DNA of 64,000 nucleotides from a virus (IMGVR_UViG_2974599810_000001:7425-71424); one strand, 5' to 3'; positions 1 to 9,312 are shown, counted from the stretch's first letter. Numbers and translations: made by a program. Notes: a model not told the origin generated them from the sequence alone.

Positions 1-13
1 TATTAATTCCGTC

Positions 14-190
14 ATGAAATTAATTATTAAATATGGTGGCGCGGAAATAATTGGCAATAAAGCGGTAATATACGCAAACCGATTAAAACAGCTTGTTTAT
101 ATTCCTGATAGTACCCGATGGGATGAATATGCTATCTTGCATGACGAACTGAAACGATGTTTCAATGTTGAATCCTTACAGGTAGTTTAG
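14..190 (+). CDS. small hypothetical protein (58 aa from first ATG; open frame continues to window start so may be 5'-partial)
   Basis: Stop-free frame from pos 2 to TAG at 188-190; followed by a rho-independent terminator. Confidence 0.4.
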   Translation: MKLIIKYGGAEIIGNKAVIYANRLKQLVYIPDSTRWDEYAILHDELKRCFNVESLQVV

Positions 191-202
191 TGTAAAGTTT
201 TG

Positions 203-232
203 TAAAGGTCGCCTTTTATGGCGGCCTTTTTT
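203..232 (+). terminator. rho-independent terminator (GGTCGCC..GGCGGCC stem + TTTTTTGTT)
   Basis: GC hairpin followed by T-run seen directly; lies inside the N-terminal part of track ORF 218..526. Confidence 0.6.
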
Positions 233-295
233 GTTATAATGCCTTTACACCAAAACGGTGGATTGAAAATTTTCCCAAAAATTTGGAGGCTTAAA

Positions 296-526
296 ATGGT
301 TGCTTATTCTTCTGCTAGTCATCTGTTTACCGCTCAAGGCTGGGTGTCTAACCGCGTCATCATTCATGACATGGTGCAGGAGTTCGGCATTGCTAAAACT
401 TATAACACCATCCAAGAACTATACAACGCCGATAAAATCGATCAGCAAACGGCTGGCTTTTTGCTGGATACCCTGAAAGCGGAACACTGTACCAAAAAAC
501 AAGCGGCAAAAATTGTTTTAATGTAA
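296..526 (+). CDS. hypothetical protein (76 aa)
   Basis: In-frame ATG at 296 preceded by GGAGG RBS; the upstream part of the listed ORF is a terminator plus TATAAT. Confidence 0.55.
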   Translation: MVAYSSASHLFTAQGWVSNRVIIHDMVQEFGIAKTYNTIQELYNADKIDQQTAGFLLDTLKAEHCTKKQAAKIVLM

Positions 527-575
527 TTAATAACGGGGCGTTACTTTCGCCCCACTAACTAGGGGAGTATTACAA

Positions 576-758
576 ATGGTTATTTTTCGAGCTATTCTGG
601 CGGGTATCTTGGGCGCTATTTTGACTCTTTTCGCCACCGCTTATGGTATTCAGGATTCCTACTGCGGTCTAGTAAATACAAAACCAATGGTTACTATTGG
701 TGCTGGCATTGCTGTATTTTCTTATCTGCTGGGCTGCATGACTAGTAAAGGAGAATAA
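576..758 (+). CDS. small membrane protein (60 aa, hydrophobic)
   Basis: RBS GGGGAG 7 nt upstream; two hydrophobic segments. Confidence 0.5.
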   Translation: MVIFRAILAGILGAILTLFATAYGIQDSYCGLVNTKPMVTIGAGIAVFSYLLGCMTSKGE

Positions 759-760
759 AA

Positions 761-973
761 ATGATCCGCAACGTTTCTCTTGCACGTTCGAAAGGCTTTA
801 AGCTGGTGGATGTTAACACGTTCGAGCGGGAAGATTGTAAAATCGAATATGTAGCACGTAACAAAAATGCCTTTCGTGTTACCGAGAAAAAATTTGATAA
901 GCGCGGCAACGTGATCGCTGAAACGGTTAAACACTTTGCCACCTTTTACGCTGCGTTTCGTGGGGTACTATGA
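761..973 (+). CDS. hypothetical protein (70 aa)
   Basis: RBS AAAGGAGAA upstream of ATG. Confidence 0.5.
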   Translation: MIRNVSLARSKGFKLVDVNTFEREDCKIEYVARNKNAFRVTEKKFDKRGNVIAETVKHFATFYAAFRGVL

Positions 974-1110
974 AAAGCGTTATCGTTATTGCCCTTGCAA
1001 TGGTTGGCGGTTTTACCGCCACCTTATTCAAAAATGACCCCATTTCGTTGGGGATCTTTATGTTATTATCTGGCTATCTAATTGGGAGGCTGTCAAATGG
1101 TTATTTATGA
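970..1110 (+). CDS. small hydrophobic peptide (46 aa), ATGA-coupled to the upstream gene
   Basis: ATG overlaps the TGA stop of 761..973; translated by hand; below the size cutoff of the ORF track. Confidence 0.3.
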   Translation: MKSVIVIALAMVGGFTATLFKNDPISLGIFMLLSGYLIGRLSNGYL

Positions 1111-1441
1111 GGGCAATCGTTTTGTTGCTAATTGCCGCCCAGCATTATTAGCAAACTATTTGAATCAGCTTTCACCAGCTTATAAGGGCGTTATTAATAT
1201 TTATGAGGGCAAGGCGCATTATAAAATCAATGCGGTCGTTGCCCGTGAACTAGCATTTCAATTTTTAACTTTTGCATCTTGTGACGTTCAAGTTATGGGT
1301 GAAGCATTAATTGCAGAAAATGAAGATGATTTTATTAATATTTTCCGCAAAGTATGCACTGAGCGCCTGATAATGAAAGGCGCGTATATTCAATCCACTG
1401 CGGATAGTATTGAAACAGCGTTTCGAAAGGTGGCGCAATGA
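1097..1441 (+). CDS. hypothetical protein (114 aa)
   Basis: ATG at 1097 preceded by GGGAGG; same frame as listed 1082..1441. Confidence 0.5.
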   Translation: MVIYEGNRFVANCRPALLANYLNQLSPAYKGVINIYEGKAHYKINAVVARELAFQFLTFASCDVQVMGEALIAENEDDFINIFRKVCTERLIMKGAYIQSTADSIETAFRKVAQ

Positions 1442-1653
1442 GTGAAATTACTTGGAATATGTTGCTAAAGGTTAAACGGGTAAAATTAACACAGGATTTA
1501 TGGGGAGTAGGTAAAATAGGGGATGTATTCAATGTATTTAAAGACGCTCATCATAGATTTATAAGAAGAAATAATAATACTGGCACAGCGTTTTATTTAA
1601 TTGATTTAATCAAATTATATGGTGAGGATATTTTCGAGCTAGAATATGAGTAA
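1438..1653 (+). CDS. hypothetical protein (71 aa)
   Basis: ATGA overlap with upstream stop; RBS AAAGGTGG. Confidence 0.5.
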   Translation: MSEITWNMLLKVKRVKLTQDLWGVGKIGDVFNVFKDAHHRFIRRNNNTGTAFYLIDLIKLYGEDIFELEYE

Positions 1654-1705
1654 CTATATAATTTTGGTGTATTGCAATGAGATTATATAGTAACGGAGCG
1701 TTATT

Positions 1706-1900
1706 ATGAGCAATAAAATTGTTGTAACCAAAATCAGTACAATGGTTGATGTTTTTTACGTGCCCGATACGCCTGAGAATCGGCAAGCGGTCGAGCGTGG
1801 CGATTATGATAAAGTGATTTATGATCACGATGGGTATTATCAGCATTTGGTGGATTCCTACGGGGAGGAGGAAAAAATCACGCATCGACTACCAGACTAA
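1706..1900 (+). CDS. hypothetical protein (64 aa)
   Basis: RBS ACGGAG upstream; last gene before the non-coding repeat region. Confidence 0.5.
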   Translation: MSNKIVVTKISTMVDVFYVPDTPENRQAVERGDYDKVIYDHDGYYQHLVDSYGEEEKITHRLPD

Positions 1901-1939
1901 TAATCACGGGGCGCAACTATCAGGAAGTGCCCCCAATTC

Positions 1940-1962
1940 TCAAATGAGAATGATTCTCATTT
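1940..1962. promoter_or_regulatory. perfect palindrome AAATGAGAATGATTCTCATTTG (operator-like; loosely Fur-box-like)
   Basis: Exact inverted repeat seen; related half-sites AAATG(A/C)GAAT recur at about 2296, 2355, 2401 and 2437. Confidence 0.5.
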
Positions 1963-2139
1963 GACCGCGCCCGCGATGGTTAGCCTGCTAATGATTAGGG
2001 TGTTACGTGTAGCCTTGTGTGATCGTTAGCGGGCTAACTAATTTTCAAGCCTCCTCCAATTTTGCCCTTGTTTTAGTATCCCCACCAAAATTAAACGCGT
2101 TAGAATGCGATCTAGGACGTTTTAGCGGTATATTAGAAT

Positions 2140-2275
2140 TATCCACTGCGTAGGAATACTGTGTATTTATACAGTAGGATAAGCTGTGGATAAGTCTGTT
2201 AATAACGCCTCAAAATGGCTAGGATTTTGTCAAGTCAAATCGTGCTGTTAATAAGTCTGTGGATAACTTAAATAA
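2140..2275. promoter_or_regulatory. cluster of three DnaA boxes (TTATCCAC(t), TGTGGATAA x2) with duplicated flank TTAATAAGTCTGTGGATAA
   Basis: Two matches to the E. coli DnaA-box consensus TTATCCACA (as TGTGGATAA) and one near-match, within 140 bp, seen directly. Confidence 0.6.
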
Positions 2276-2289
2276 TAGTGTTTCTCACT

Positions 2290-2465
2290 TCCATTCTTAA
2301 ATGCGAATCATTATCATTTGTATTTCACTATCTAACTAATAATCATTCCACTTTTTAAATGAGAATCGTTTCACTTCCTGAATAATTTTCGTTTCACTTT
2401 CTAAATGCGAATTATTATCATTCTCATTCCGCTTTTTAAATGAGAATGATTCTTATTATCATTCG
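2290..2465. repeat. array of about 5 AAATG(A/C)GAAT(C/G/T)ATT half-site repeats (GATAAT/ATCATT-rich, Fur-box-like)
   Basis: Direct repeats seen in sequence. Confidence 0.5.
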
Positions 2466-2471
2466 TATTTA

Positions 2472-2493
2472 GCGCAGGGCAATTGCCCTGCGC
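2472..2493. repeat. perfect GC-rich palindrome GCGCAGGGCAATTGCCCTGCGC
   Basis: 22-nt exact inverted repeat. Confidence 0.6.
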
Positions 2494-2499
2494 TTTTGT

Positions 2500-3110
2500 G
2501 CAAATCCGACATTGCTCCACGGGTGTTACGTGCGGGCGTGTATGTGCGAATCCGACAATTTTTGGTAGTGTGCAAATCCGACCCGAAAAATTTTTATAGT
2601 GTGCGAATCCGACAATGAATTTTCCCAAAAACTCCAGCAATCTCGAACTGCGTTCGAATCCTGTGGGGTATGTGCAAATCCGACATGGTTTTTCTAGGAT
2701 TAAGATGTGCGAAACCGACAAGATTTTTGTGACTCCGATTGGAGGATGTGTAATTGTGTGAGTTTGGAGAGAAGTTGAGAGAGCGAGAGAAAATTAGGGG
2801 AGAAGCTAGAGGGGCGCATGTTTGGTGCGAGGCACCCGATTTGCGGGGATTTTGGGGAAGAGTTGAGATAATTTGGGTTAATTGGGCTTGGGGCGAGATA
2901 AAGTAAAATTTTATTAGCAAAATGGGGCAAAATAGCTTGACAAGTGAAAATTTCTGTGGCTCTAAAAACTCAGGCAATCATGGGCCTTCGGCCCGAAATA
3001 ATGCTGCCATTTTCAGGAGATTATATATTCCTAAAAACTTAGGCAATTGTGCAAATCCGACCATAAATTTCTAGAAATACAATGTGCAAATCCGACAATA
3101 AAATCCGAAA
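2500..3110. repeat. iteron array: about 9 copies of TGTGC(A/G)AA(T/A)CCGAC(A/C) with irregular spacing
   Basis: Copies at about 2501, 2553, 2577, 2599, 2671, 2706, 3048, 3082 and 3090 seen directly. Confidence 0.6.
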
Positions 3111-3129
3111 ATGTGTTTTCAAAAAATGT

Positions 3130-3225
3130 CTCCTAGAAATAACCGCCCCCCCCATAACCGCCCTGTATTAACCGCCTAGTATATGTTCCTAGAAACTTAG
3201 GAGAACCGCCCACTAGAAGTGTGGT
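3130..3225. repeat. (A/T)AACCGCC iterons (4 copies) and CCTAGAAA/CTAAAAACTYAGGCAAT repeats
   Basis: Seen in sequence. Confidence 0.45.
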
Positions 3226-3575
3226 ATTTCGTGAGAACTCTGGGGTTTCTAGGAAAGTGTATGTGATCCTAGAGATGGAGAGCGGCAACAGGTGTATCAT
3301 CTTGAATGTAAATTATGTGGACAAAAGTTTTACCTTTTATTTAAATAAAAGATCCCCCAATCTCGTAAGTCTGCTGCTCTAGGCGTTCAAGATCTGTATG
3401 CTAATCCCGTGAAAACTGCTGCAGAATACATCCTAACGCCAGGGGCGCTGGTGTACTCTTCGAGTTGGGATAGCAATAATCTTGTTGCCTAGAGCTAAAA
3501 ACAGAAGTTGTTTTTAATCTATGAGATTATTATAACATGTGCCTTAATGAGTTGTCAAGAAGATTTTGTTAACGT

Positions 3576-4307
3576 TTATTCCTTCCGCTTGTATTTGAGA
3601 ACGATACCCTTCGAGACCATGAAGAGGAAAGTTGCAAGATAGGAATGTGGGGATTTTAGCGCATCATAATCTACAGTTCCGAAAGAACCTTCGCCAAATA
3701 CCTCAGAGTTCTCAAATGTAGGAAGTAAACGTGCCAATCCGACAGCTCCTATAATCTTAAAGAATTGATCCCAGTCATTTAACATTGCTTTATGCGCAGA
3801 CTGTAAGATTAATGGCATCTCTAAGTTCTTTTCGAGACATAGATGAACCTGCGCAATCGTAGAAGCAATCCCTAGCAACACTTCATCTTTTGTATAAGGG
3901 AATCCAGTATCTTTTCTTTGGAGTCTAGGAAGATGATCATATTCACAACGTTTAGGTGGGATGAACTTTTCCTCAGGATATAATTCTAATGCAACTCTAA
4001 CGTTTCCCTCTTTAAATACTGGAAGTTCCTGATCTGCAAAGACATGATATGAATCTGCCTTGAACCCTACAATCTTATCACCAACAGAATTGATGATCTT
4101 TCTCATTGCAATATAAGAAGGGGATAGAGTTACGAATTTTTCTTCTTTATTATATTTAACAACTCCAGCTTCTGTATAAGCTGCGGGATGAAACTCAGAA
4201 CAGAATGCTACTGCATGAGCTTCATCAGGAGTTAGTTCAGAAACACATTTGCCGTCTGCATTCTTAGCCAGCTTAATAATAGTCTTTAAATTCTCACTAA
4301 TACTCAT
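3576..4307 (-). CDS. hypothetical protein (243 aa)
   Basis: Long ORF; TAATG-type coupling to the downstream gene. Confidence 0.55.
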   Translation of the reverse strand: MSISENLKTIIKLAKNADGKCVSELTPDEAHAVAFCSEFHPAAYTEAGVVKYNKEEKFVTLSPSYIAMRKIINSVGDKIVGFKADSYHVFADQELPVFKEGNVRVALELYPEEKFIPPKRCEYDHLPRLQRKDTGFPYTKDEVLLGIASTIAQVHLCLEKNLEMPLILQSAHKAMLNDWDQFFKIIGAVGLARLLPTFENSEVFGEGSFGTVDYDALKSPHSYLATFLFMVSKGIVLKYKRKE

Positions 4308-4308
4308 A

Positions 4309-4692
4309 TTAAGCCTCCTGAACTTTGTCTTCCGGATAGAAATCTTCTAGTGAATTGTAGTGAGCAGTAAAGAACTCAAAACTTAAGTAATCAGCAGTAT
4401 TCTGGATGTAACGCAGTTCATTAATAAAAGACTCTTTGAAGATCTTACGATTAGGTTTGAGCTTTATGATTTCTTCTACCAAAATCTCTAGGATCTTTTT
4501 TGCATCTTCAACCTGAGGTACAGCTAAGGCTTGAGATTCATAGATTACTTCATCCACTCCATTAGTAACTAAAGATACTTCTATGATTATTCCCTCCTCT
4601 TCTGGATGGACTCTATTTGCATCCAGCTCACGAATGATAACACGAGTTTGACTAGTTATTTGACGATTTAATGCGATTGTGTAATGTAACAT
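4309..4692 (-). CDS. hypothetical protein (127 aa)
   Basis: ORF with RBS-like GGAG upstream. Confidence 0.5.
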   Translation of the reverse strand: MLHYTIALNRQITSQTRVIIRELDANRVHPEEEGIIIEVSLVTNGVDEVIYESQALAVPQVEDAKKILEILVEEIIKLKPNRKIFKESFINELRYIQNTADYLSFEFFTAHYNSLEDFYPEDKVQEA

Positions 4693-4763
4693 AATTTCTC
4701 CTAATATGCCTCCCCTGTTAAAAGGTCTGGAGAGGCGTAGACCTATAAATTAGTTAACGATCT

Positions 4764-5381
4764 TTATTGATCTTTTTTACTCTCGTTAATAGCAGCTCCC
4801 AACGCTTCAAAGATAGCATCACTTACACTCCCAGGCTTAAGATTATTAAAGTGAGTAACATAGATGGGACTTCTAAAACCCTTAGCATCCGCAGGTGCTA
4901 CGCTTCGCATATCAGATTCAAAAGCTTCTTGAGTATGTTTCAACTGTACAGAAGGGCCGTAATCTTCCGCAAACTTATATGACTGCGTACTACTTACCAC
5001 ACCCCCACAAGGAACATTGTGCATATCCGACATTAATCTTTTATCGGAGTTATTCAGCATTGAGATTGTCCCTGACTGCCACGGATCTCTAATAGTCACT
5101 GGAGTACTAGGGCGGTTCACCTCAGTCTTCACAAGTTTGTACCCTGCATCGATTAATGCGTTAATTAGATTATCAGCTGGGATGCGAGCCTTACCAAAAA
5201 TCTTACGAGCATCTTCGAGCTTACCTTCAAAATCTTTACACGCGCTAAGGTCGGTGTGCGCAAATGTTAGCTTCATAGATTTAAATTGTACAGTAGCAGT
5301 TAAATCTTTAAAGCTATAATCCCATGTGTTCAGTTCATGATCTGGCACTACTTGAATAGATTGTTGCGCATTAAAAGTCAT
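4764..5381 (-). CDS. hypothetical protein (205 aa)
   Basis: ORF; ATGA overlap with the next gene. Confidence 0.55.
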   Translation of the reverse strand: MTFNAQQSIQVVPDHELNTWDYSFKDLTATVQFKSMKLTFAHTDLSACKDFEGKLEDARKIFGKARIPADNLINALIDAGYKLVKTEVNRPSTPVTIRDPWQSGTISMLNNSDKRLMSDMHNVPCGGVVSSTQSYKFAEDYGPSVQLKHTQEAFESDMRSVAPADAKGFRSPIYVTHFNNLKPGSVSDAIFEALGAAINESKKDQ

Positions 5382-5566
5382 TATTTATTCTCCAGTTTGT
5401 CTAACAGTTTATGGGCTGCTAGATTATATTGTTTGAGTTCACGATTAAGGATTTGGTTTTCACACTTTAACTCTAGATTCTTGTTGTTAAGAATATTGCA
5501 GATTAGTAGAAGTGCTAGTATTAGTAACAGAGAACCTACGAGCATTAAAAGAAAAAGAGTTTCCAT
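5381..5566 (-). CDS. small membrane/coiled-coil protein (61 aa)
   Basis: Hydrophobic N-terminus LLMLVGSLLLILALLLI. Confidence 0.4.
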   Translation of the reverse strand: METLFLLMLVGSLLLILALLLICNILNNKNLELKCENQILNRELKQYNLAAHKLLDKLENK

Positions 5567-6030
5567 TATTTTATCTCCATTCTTAACTTTGAAAACTTAT
5601 TATACCAAACTATATGATTATCGTCAATTACAAATTTATGATAACATGCTGGTACGGTATAAGTTCCATAATCCGTGACACGCTGCACAACCTTGTGTGC
5701 GCACAGTCGACAACCATGCCCTTCTAAATGAGATCTAGCAGTTTGCCAGTAATAACCCTCATGATCTGGACAATAGATCTCGACTTGCTGTTGCATTGTT
5801 TTGTAATTTACACGCTCATATCCAAAGAAAGCTCCATGAACTGCAACAGCTTTCTTGATAAATATAAGGTTTAGTGCTTCTTGTTGAAAGTCGGGATGTA
5901 GCTGTTTAATCTTAGTTCTATTAATAGATCCATCCGATTTGATAAACCTATTTATTGGGAAGTTGTTAGCTTCCTCGATTAGTAATTCATTTACTTTTTC
6001 TCTCATAATATACACAAAAGGCCAGAACAA
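5566..6030 (-). CDS. Cys/His-rich putative zinc-binding protein (154 aa; possible nuclease-like)
   Basis: CPDHEGYYW..HLEGHGCRLCAH motif cluster. Confidence 0.45.
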   Translation of the reverse strand: MFWPFVYIMREKVNELLIEEANNFPINRFIKSDGSINRTKIKQLHPDFQQEALNLIFIKKAVAVHGAFFGYERVNYKTMQQQVEIYCPDHEGYYWQTARSHLEGHGCRLCAHKVVQRVTDYGTYTVPACYHKFVIDDNHIVWYNKFSKLRMEIK

Positions 6031-6046
6031 TTAAGCCCTGGCCTCT
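6021..6046 (-). terminator. rho-independent terminator (GGCCAGG stem, T-run on minus strand)
   Basis: Hairpin plus TTTTGTGT on minus strand downstream of 6051.. Confidence 0.5.
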
Positions 6047-6050
6047 AGAA

Positions 6051-6422
6051 TTAATGAAGTTGTTTACCACTTCTTAAAATAGTGGCCGTTTCCATAAGGT
6101 TTAACGTTGTATCGCGCTTTTTGATTTGTTTGTCGAGTTCATCGGTACGTTTGCCAATGTAAGCGTTAATAGCCATATTCATAGCTGAGGCGAGGTCTTC
6201 TTTGGTTATCTCTTCATCATCTAAAGCTAATTTAGCCAAAGAATCGAAAGTACTAGAAAGTCCTATAAGATCAGAAGCTTCACCGGCCAAAATAGGGTTA
6301 ACATTATCTATTGTTACTTCTAACATGGAGTTAACAATATCTTCACCGTCTACTAGACCAGATTCAATATTACTCTCCCATTCCTTCATCTGCTCCAGCA
6401 ATGGATTTTTCTTTTCTGTCAT
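6051..6422 (-). CDS. acidic hypothetical protein (about 123 aa; start moved to MTEKK with RBS AGGAAAC)
   Basis: Internal Met with good RBS; the listed 6488 start would overlap the neighbour by 119 nt. Confidence 0.45.
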   Translation of the reverse strand: MTEKKNPLLEQMKEWESNIESGLVDGEDIVNSMLEVTIDNVNPILAGEASDLIGLSSTFDSLAKLALDDEEITKEDLASAMNMAINAYIGKRTDELDKQIKKRDTTLNLMETATILRSGKQLH

Positions 6423-6831
6423 GGTAGAGGTTTCCTGTGTCAGTTGGTAAGAAGGACGATTGAGCTTTAGGTGGATGTTGTTTAGCAATCCAGTTAAGAA
6501 TCAGTACACGACTAGGAACAATATCAGTGTTGTGCCAGAAATCATGAACCCATTGACGAGCATCCTCAAACTTACCAAATTTATATGCTTTCTTAAACAA
6601 TTCAAACCCAAAACAATCTGGTGTAAAGTCTACTTCACGATATTGAACTACTTTAGAACCAGTTAGATCTTGGATCGCTGCATTAATTTCTGTATGCGAG
6701 AATTTTGTTTCGTGAAACTTATTAAAGAATCGGTAGTTGAAGCGTCCGTTCGTTTCGACAAACAACTGGATGAAGAGATCGTTAAATTGGTTATCAAACC
6801 AGTAATTCTGTAGTTGTTGTAGTGCTGTCAT
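6370..6831 (-). CDS. hypothetical protein (153 aa)
   Basis: ORF; overlaps the downstream gene start by about 50 nt. Confidence 0.45.
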   Translation of the reverse strand: MTALQQLQNYWFDNQFNDLFIQLFVETNGRFNYRFFNKFHETKFSHTEINAAIQDLTGSKVVQYREVDFTPDCFGFELFKKAYKFGKFEDARQWVHDFWHNTDIVPSRVLILNWIAKQHPPKAQSSFLPTDTGNLYHDRKEKSIAGADEGMGE

Positions 6832-7028
6832 TTACGAACTCCGTTAATTGCCACGATGATGCCTTCGTACATAAAAGGAAGTAGTCCAGAAGTGTAGAAG
6901 ATATTTTCTGTTATTCCTAGATGTCGAAAAAATATATTAAATAATGCTATTAGAAATACAATCTGAGGCAGTAATACAAAATACTCAGTTACAATCTTTG
7001 GTGCCTGATAAACAAGACGTTTTATCAT
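6828..7028 (-). CDS. small membrane protein (66 aa)
   Basis: Hydrophobic; ATGA overlap. Confidence 0.35.
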   Translation of the reverse strand: MIKRLVYQAPKIVTEYFVLLPQIVFLIALFNIFFRHLGITENIFYTSGLLPFMYEGIIVAINGVRK

Positions 7029-7127
7029 TGTTTTTAAGTCTCCTTATTACTTTGGCCTGCTCCACAATAATAAAAACTGCAAGCACTAATAGTGCTAATA
7101 GCCCCGCAGTAATTGGTACTAAATCAA

Positions 7128-7454
7128 TCATGGGAGACGCCATACGTAATTAGCTGTCTGTAGGATCTTAGGTGTGTCATCACTATACATTACTACAGAC
7201 TTTGGTGAATAGCTATCAGCTAGTTCTTTACGAATCATTTCACACTCTTCACCAGTATCAATATTTTTAACTATCACTTTCATATTAAGTGGTGTTAATA
7301 CAGAAAGTGGTTTCCAGGAGTCCTCAATCTCAATTCCTACCTTTTTCTCAATTATCATGAGAACTTCTAATGTATCATCCGGAATACTAATATTATTATT
7401 CACAAACTGTAATATCTCATGTAAGGTATTTAATTCATTAAAATTAAGCTTCAT
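7128..7454 (-). CDS. hypothetical protein (108 aa)
   Basis: ORF. Confidence 0.45.
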   Translation of the reverse strand: MKLNFNELNTLHEILQFVNNNISIPDDTLEVLMIIEKKVGIEIEDSWKPLSVLTPLNMKVIVKNIDTGEECEMIRKELADSYSPKSVVMYSDDTPKILQTANYVWRLP

Positions 7455-7689
7455 CTTTAAGAATATCCTCTACCATATCACAAGACTGTTGCAATTCATC
7501 AGCAATACGTTTAATATCGGTTTTTGTTACTTTACCAACTAACATCACCAGTAACATAGAAAAGATAATAAGTGGAACTGGAATAATAAATAATGCTACC
7601 TTAACAACATTCTTTGGCGTCCATGTATGGTATTTAGTGACTAGTACACCAACCACAATCAAATAAAATGCGAGAATAAACATCATCAT
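7444..7689 (-). CDS. membrane protein (81 aa, two TM segments)
   Basis: Hydrophobic segments. Confidence 0.45.
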   Translation of the reverse strand: MMMFILAFYLIVVGVLVTKYHTWTPKNVVKVALFIIPVPLIIFSMLLVMLVGKVTKTDIKRIADELQQSCDMVEDILKDEA

Positions 7690-7967
7690 TTTTTAATCTC
7701 CGTAATTATCTGTGCACGCATTACTTTATTAGGTAATTTTGTATTCCCAGCTATTGCTTCAATATTGTTTAGTTTTTCTTTTAGAATATCTGAGCGTCTC
7801 TGTGCTAGTTCAATATCTTGTTCTTGTTCTATTAAGCGGCCGTGAAGTCCACTATTAGTAATAAGCATACTCTCCATATTTTTTCGTATGCTTACAATAC
7901 CAATAATCCCACCTATAGCTACTAGTGTCATAAGCACTAGCAATCCAATGAGAATTTCTGTAATCAT
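7686..7967 (-). CDS. membrane-anchored coiled-coil protein (93 aa)
   Basis: N-terminal TM plus coiled coil; ATGA coupling on both sides. Confidence 0.45.
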   Translation of the reverse strand: MITEILIGLLVLMTLVAIGGIIGIVSIRKNMESMLITNSGLHGRLIEQEQDIELAQRRSDILKEKLNNIEAIAGNTKLPNKVMRAQIITEIKK

Positions 7968-8500
7968 TTATTTAATTCCTCTAAAGTAGGTAAGGGTTTT
8001 GTATGATCAAAAGTTTCTATAACAGCAGTAGGCCCATGTAATTCTAACCGTAGCTCGTTAGCTCTTTTAACCGCTAATTCTAAATCTAGGTAATCAAAGA
8101 GTCCGCCATACACAGGTTTTTTATTAATATCTTTATTTTGTACTTGCCATTTTTGGGCAGCTTTATGCCAAGAGATCCCTAAATAACCTGAGTTACTATA
8201 GCTAGTTCTATTTTTGTTATTTTCACTAGAAGTAATATCTCTCAGGTTATCCCATCTATTATCCCATGTAATCCTATTTTTATGGTCAACTTCTTCGGGA
8301 ATTTTACCCTCCATGTACAAAAAGGCCAGTCGGTGAGCTTTATACCTTTCCCTATCGATACCTATGATAATATATCCATCTTTATCTGATGTTCCAGCTA
8401 CAGAGCCTGCCTTAGCTCGGCCTCTGCTCACTCTCCTAATAAATTCGCCCGTTTCCGGGCGGTATTCAAATAGTTCTTTTAATCTTTCTTGTGTTAGCAT
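7964..8500 (-). CDS. HNH homing endonuclease with AP2 DNA-binding domain
   Basis: HRLAF..VDHKNRITWDNRWDNLR (HNH_3) and GYLGISWHKAAQKWQ (AP2). Confidence 0.75.
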   Translation of the reverse strand: MLTQERLKELFEYRPETGEFIRRVSRGRAKAGSVAGTSDKDGYIIIGIDRERYKAHRLAFLYMEGKIPEEVDHKNRITWDNRWDNLRDITSSENNKNRTSYSNSGYLGISWHKAAQKWQVQNKDINKKPVYGGLFDYLDLELAVKRANELRLELHGPTAVIETFDHTKPLPTLEELNK

Positions 8501-8790
8501 TTTTTCTTTAATTGCTTAACTTCACGCTCAAAGCTAGCTGCTCGGCGTTCTGCCACTGCTTGATGCTCCTTAGCAAAGCGTGCCTCTTGTTTTGCTAAGT
8601 TAAAGGCCATAGCGTTCTTGTTAAGGGAATCATACATCTTCTTCATTGCTGGAATAGACATTTTCATCAGTTGCCCCTCAAATCCTTGCATATCGAGGAG
8701 AATCGCTAATACATTGGCCATCTCAGTCTTAGTAAGGTTAGAGGCGTCGAAGTCTTTAGTCATGTTTTCCATTAGAATTTCCTCTCTCAT
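8494..8790 (-). CDS. hypothetical protein (98 aa)
   Basis: ORF directly downstream of a conserved early promoter. Confidence 0.5.
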   Translation of the reverse strand: MREEILMENMTKDFDASNLTKTEMANVLAILLDMQGFEGQLMKMSIPAMKKMYDSLNKNAMAFNLAKQEARFAKEHQAVAERRAASFEREVKQLKKKC

Positions 8791-8804
8791 TAATTTATGA
8801 ACTT

Positions 8805-8833
8805 ATTATACAGAATTTTAAGGCTTAAAGCAA
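8805..8833 (-). promoter_or_regulatory. conserved early sigma70 promoter (TTGCTT-17-TATAAT) with conserved leader TTTATAAATTGATGAGAGG
   Basis: -35/-10 hexamers with 17-nt spacer on minus strand; member of a family repeated more than 25 times. Confidence 0.65.
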
Positions 8834-8850
8834 CTGAATTTTTTAATTAC

Positions 8851-9282
8851 TTACCAATCGTTAACAACGCCGGAGAACTCAGAAGCAAAAACTTTTTCAA
8901 ATTTCTCTGCAATTTCAGGATGATCTTTGCAAATCAGCTCAATACAGGCTTCTGGAGTCATTCCTTCATCTTCAGGATCACCATAGTATTTATCCCAAAG
9001 ATCATCAGGAATGATATGCTCCGCCAAATCTTGGAAAGAGATTAACTGATAACGTTCTGCCTCCTCAGCGACAAGAATTTCGCACAGATCTTTATCTATA
9101 TCGCTACGATAATCCGCAATTAATAGGGCATTGCAAGCATGACATTCCCAGACCATCAAACGTTCAGAGATGGGGTTAGACTTATCTTGAACGTAAGACT
9201 GGAACAAGGTTCGGAAAGTCGCCTTAACTTGTTCAAACTTATCTGCTGCTGCGAAAACTAGAGCTTTATCAACTTTGTTCAT
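8851..9282 (-). CDS. hypothetical protein (143 aa)
   Basis: ORF downstream of the promoter at 9313. Confidence 0.5.
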   Translation of the reverse strand: MNKVDKALVFAAADKFEQVKATFRTLFQSYVQDKSNPISERLMVWECHACNALLIADYRSDIDKDLCEILVAEEAERYQLISFQDLAEHIIPDDLWDKYYGDPEDEGMTPEACIELICKDHPEIAEKFEKVFASEFSGVVNDW

Positions 9283-9312
9283 TTTTATTCCTTCTCATCA
9301 ATTTATAAAGTA

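Noticed and set aside
218-295. N-terminal extension of ORF 218..526
   Set aside because: The extension consists of a terminator hairpin plus TATAAT; an internal ATG at 296 has a proper GGAGG RBS.
2401-2977. Three overlapping minus-strand ORFs (106, 127 and 76 aa) inside the iteron/palindrome region
   Set aside because: Low-complexity translations of repeat DNA, mutually overlapping, with no RBS; the region is better explained as non-coding regulatory DNA.
2500-3110. Possible CRISPR array suggested by the repeated TGTGCAAATCCGACA units
   Set aside because: Repeats are only about 14 nt, irregularly spaced (8 to over 300 nt), partly inverted and imperfect; there are no cas genes; this is iteron-like rather than CRISPR.
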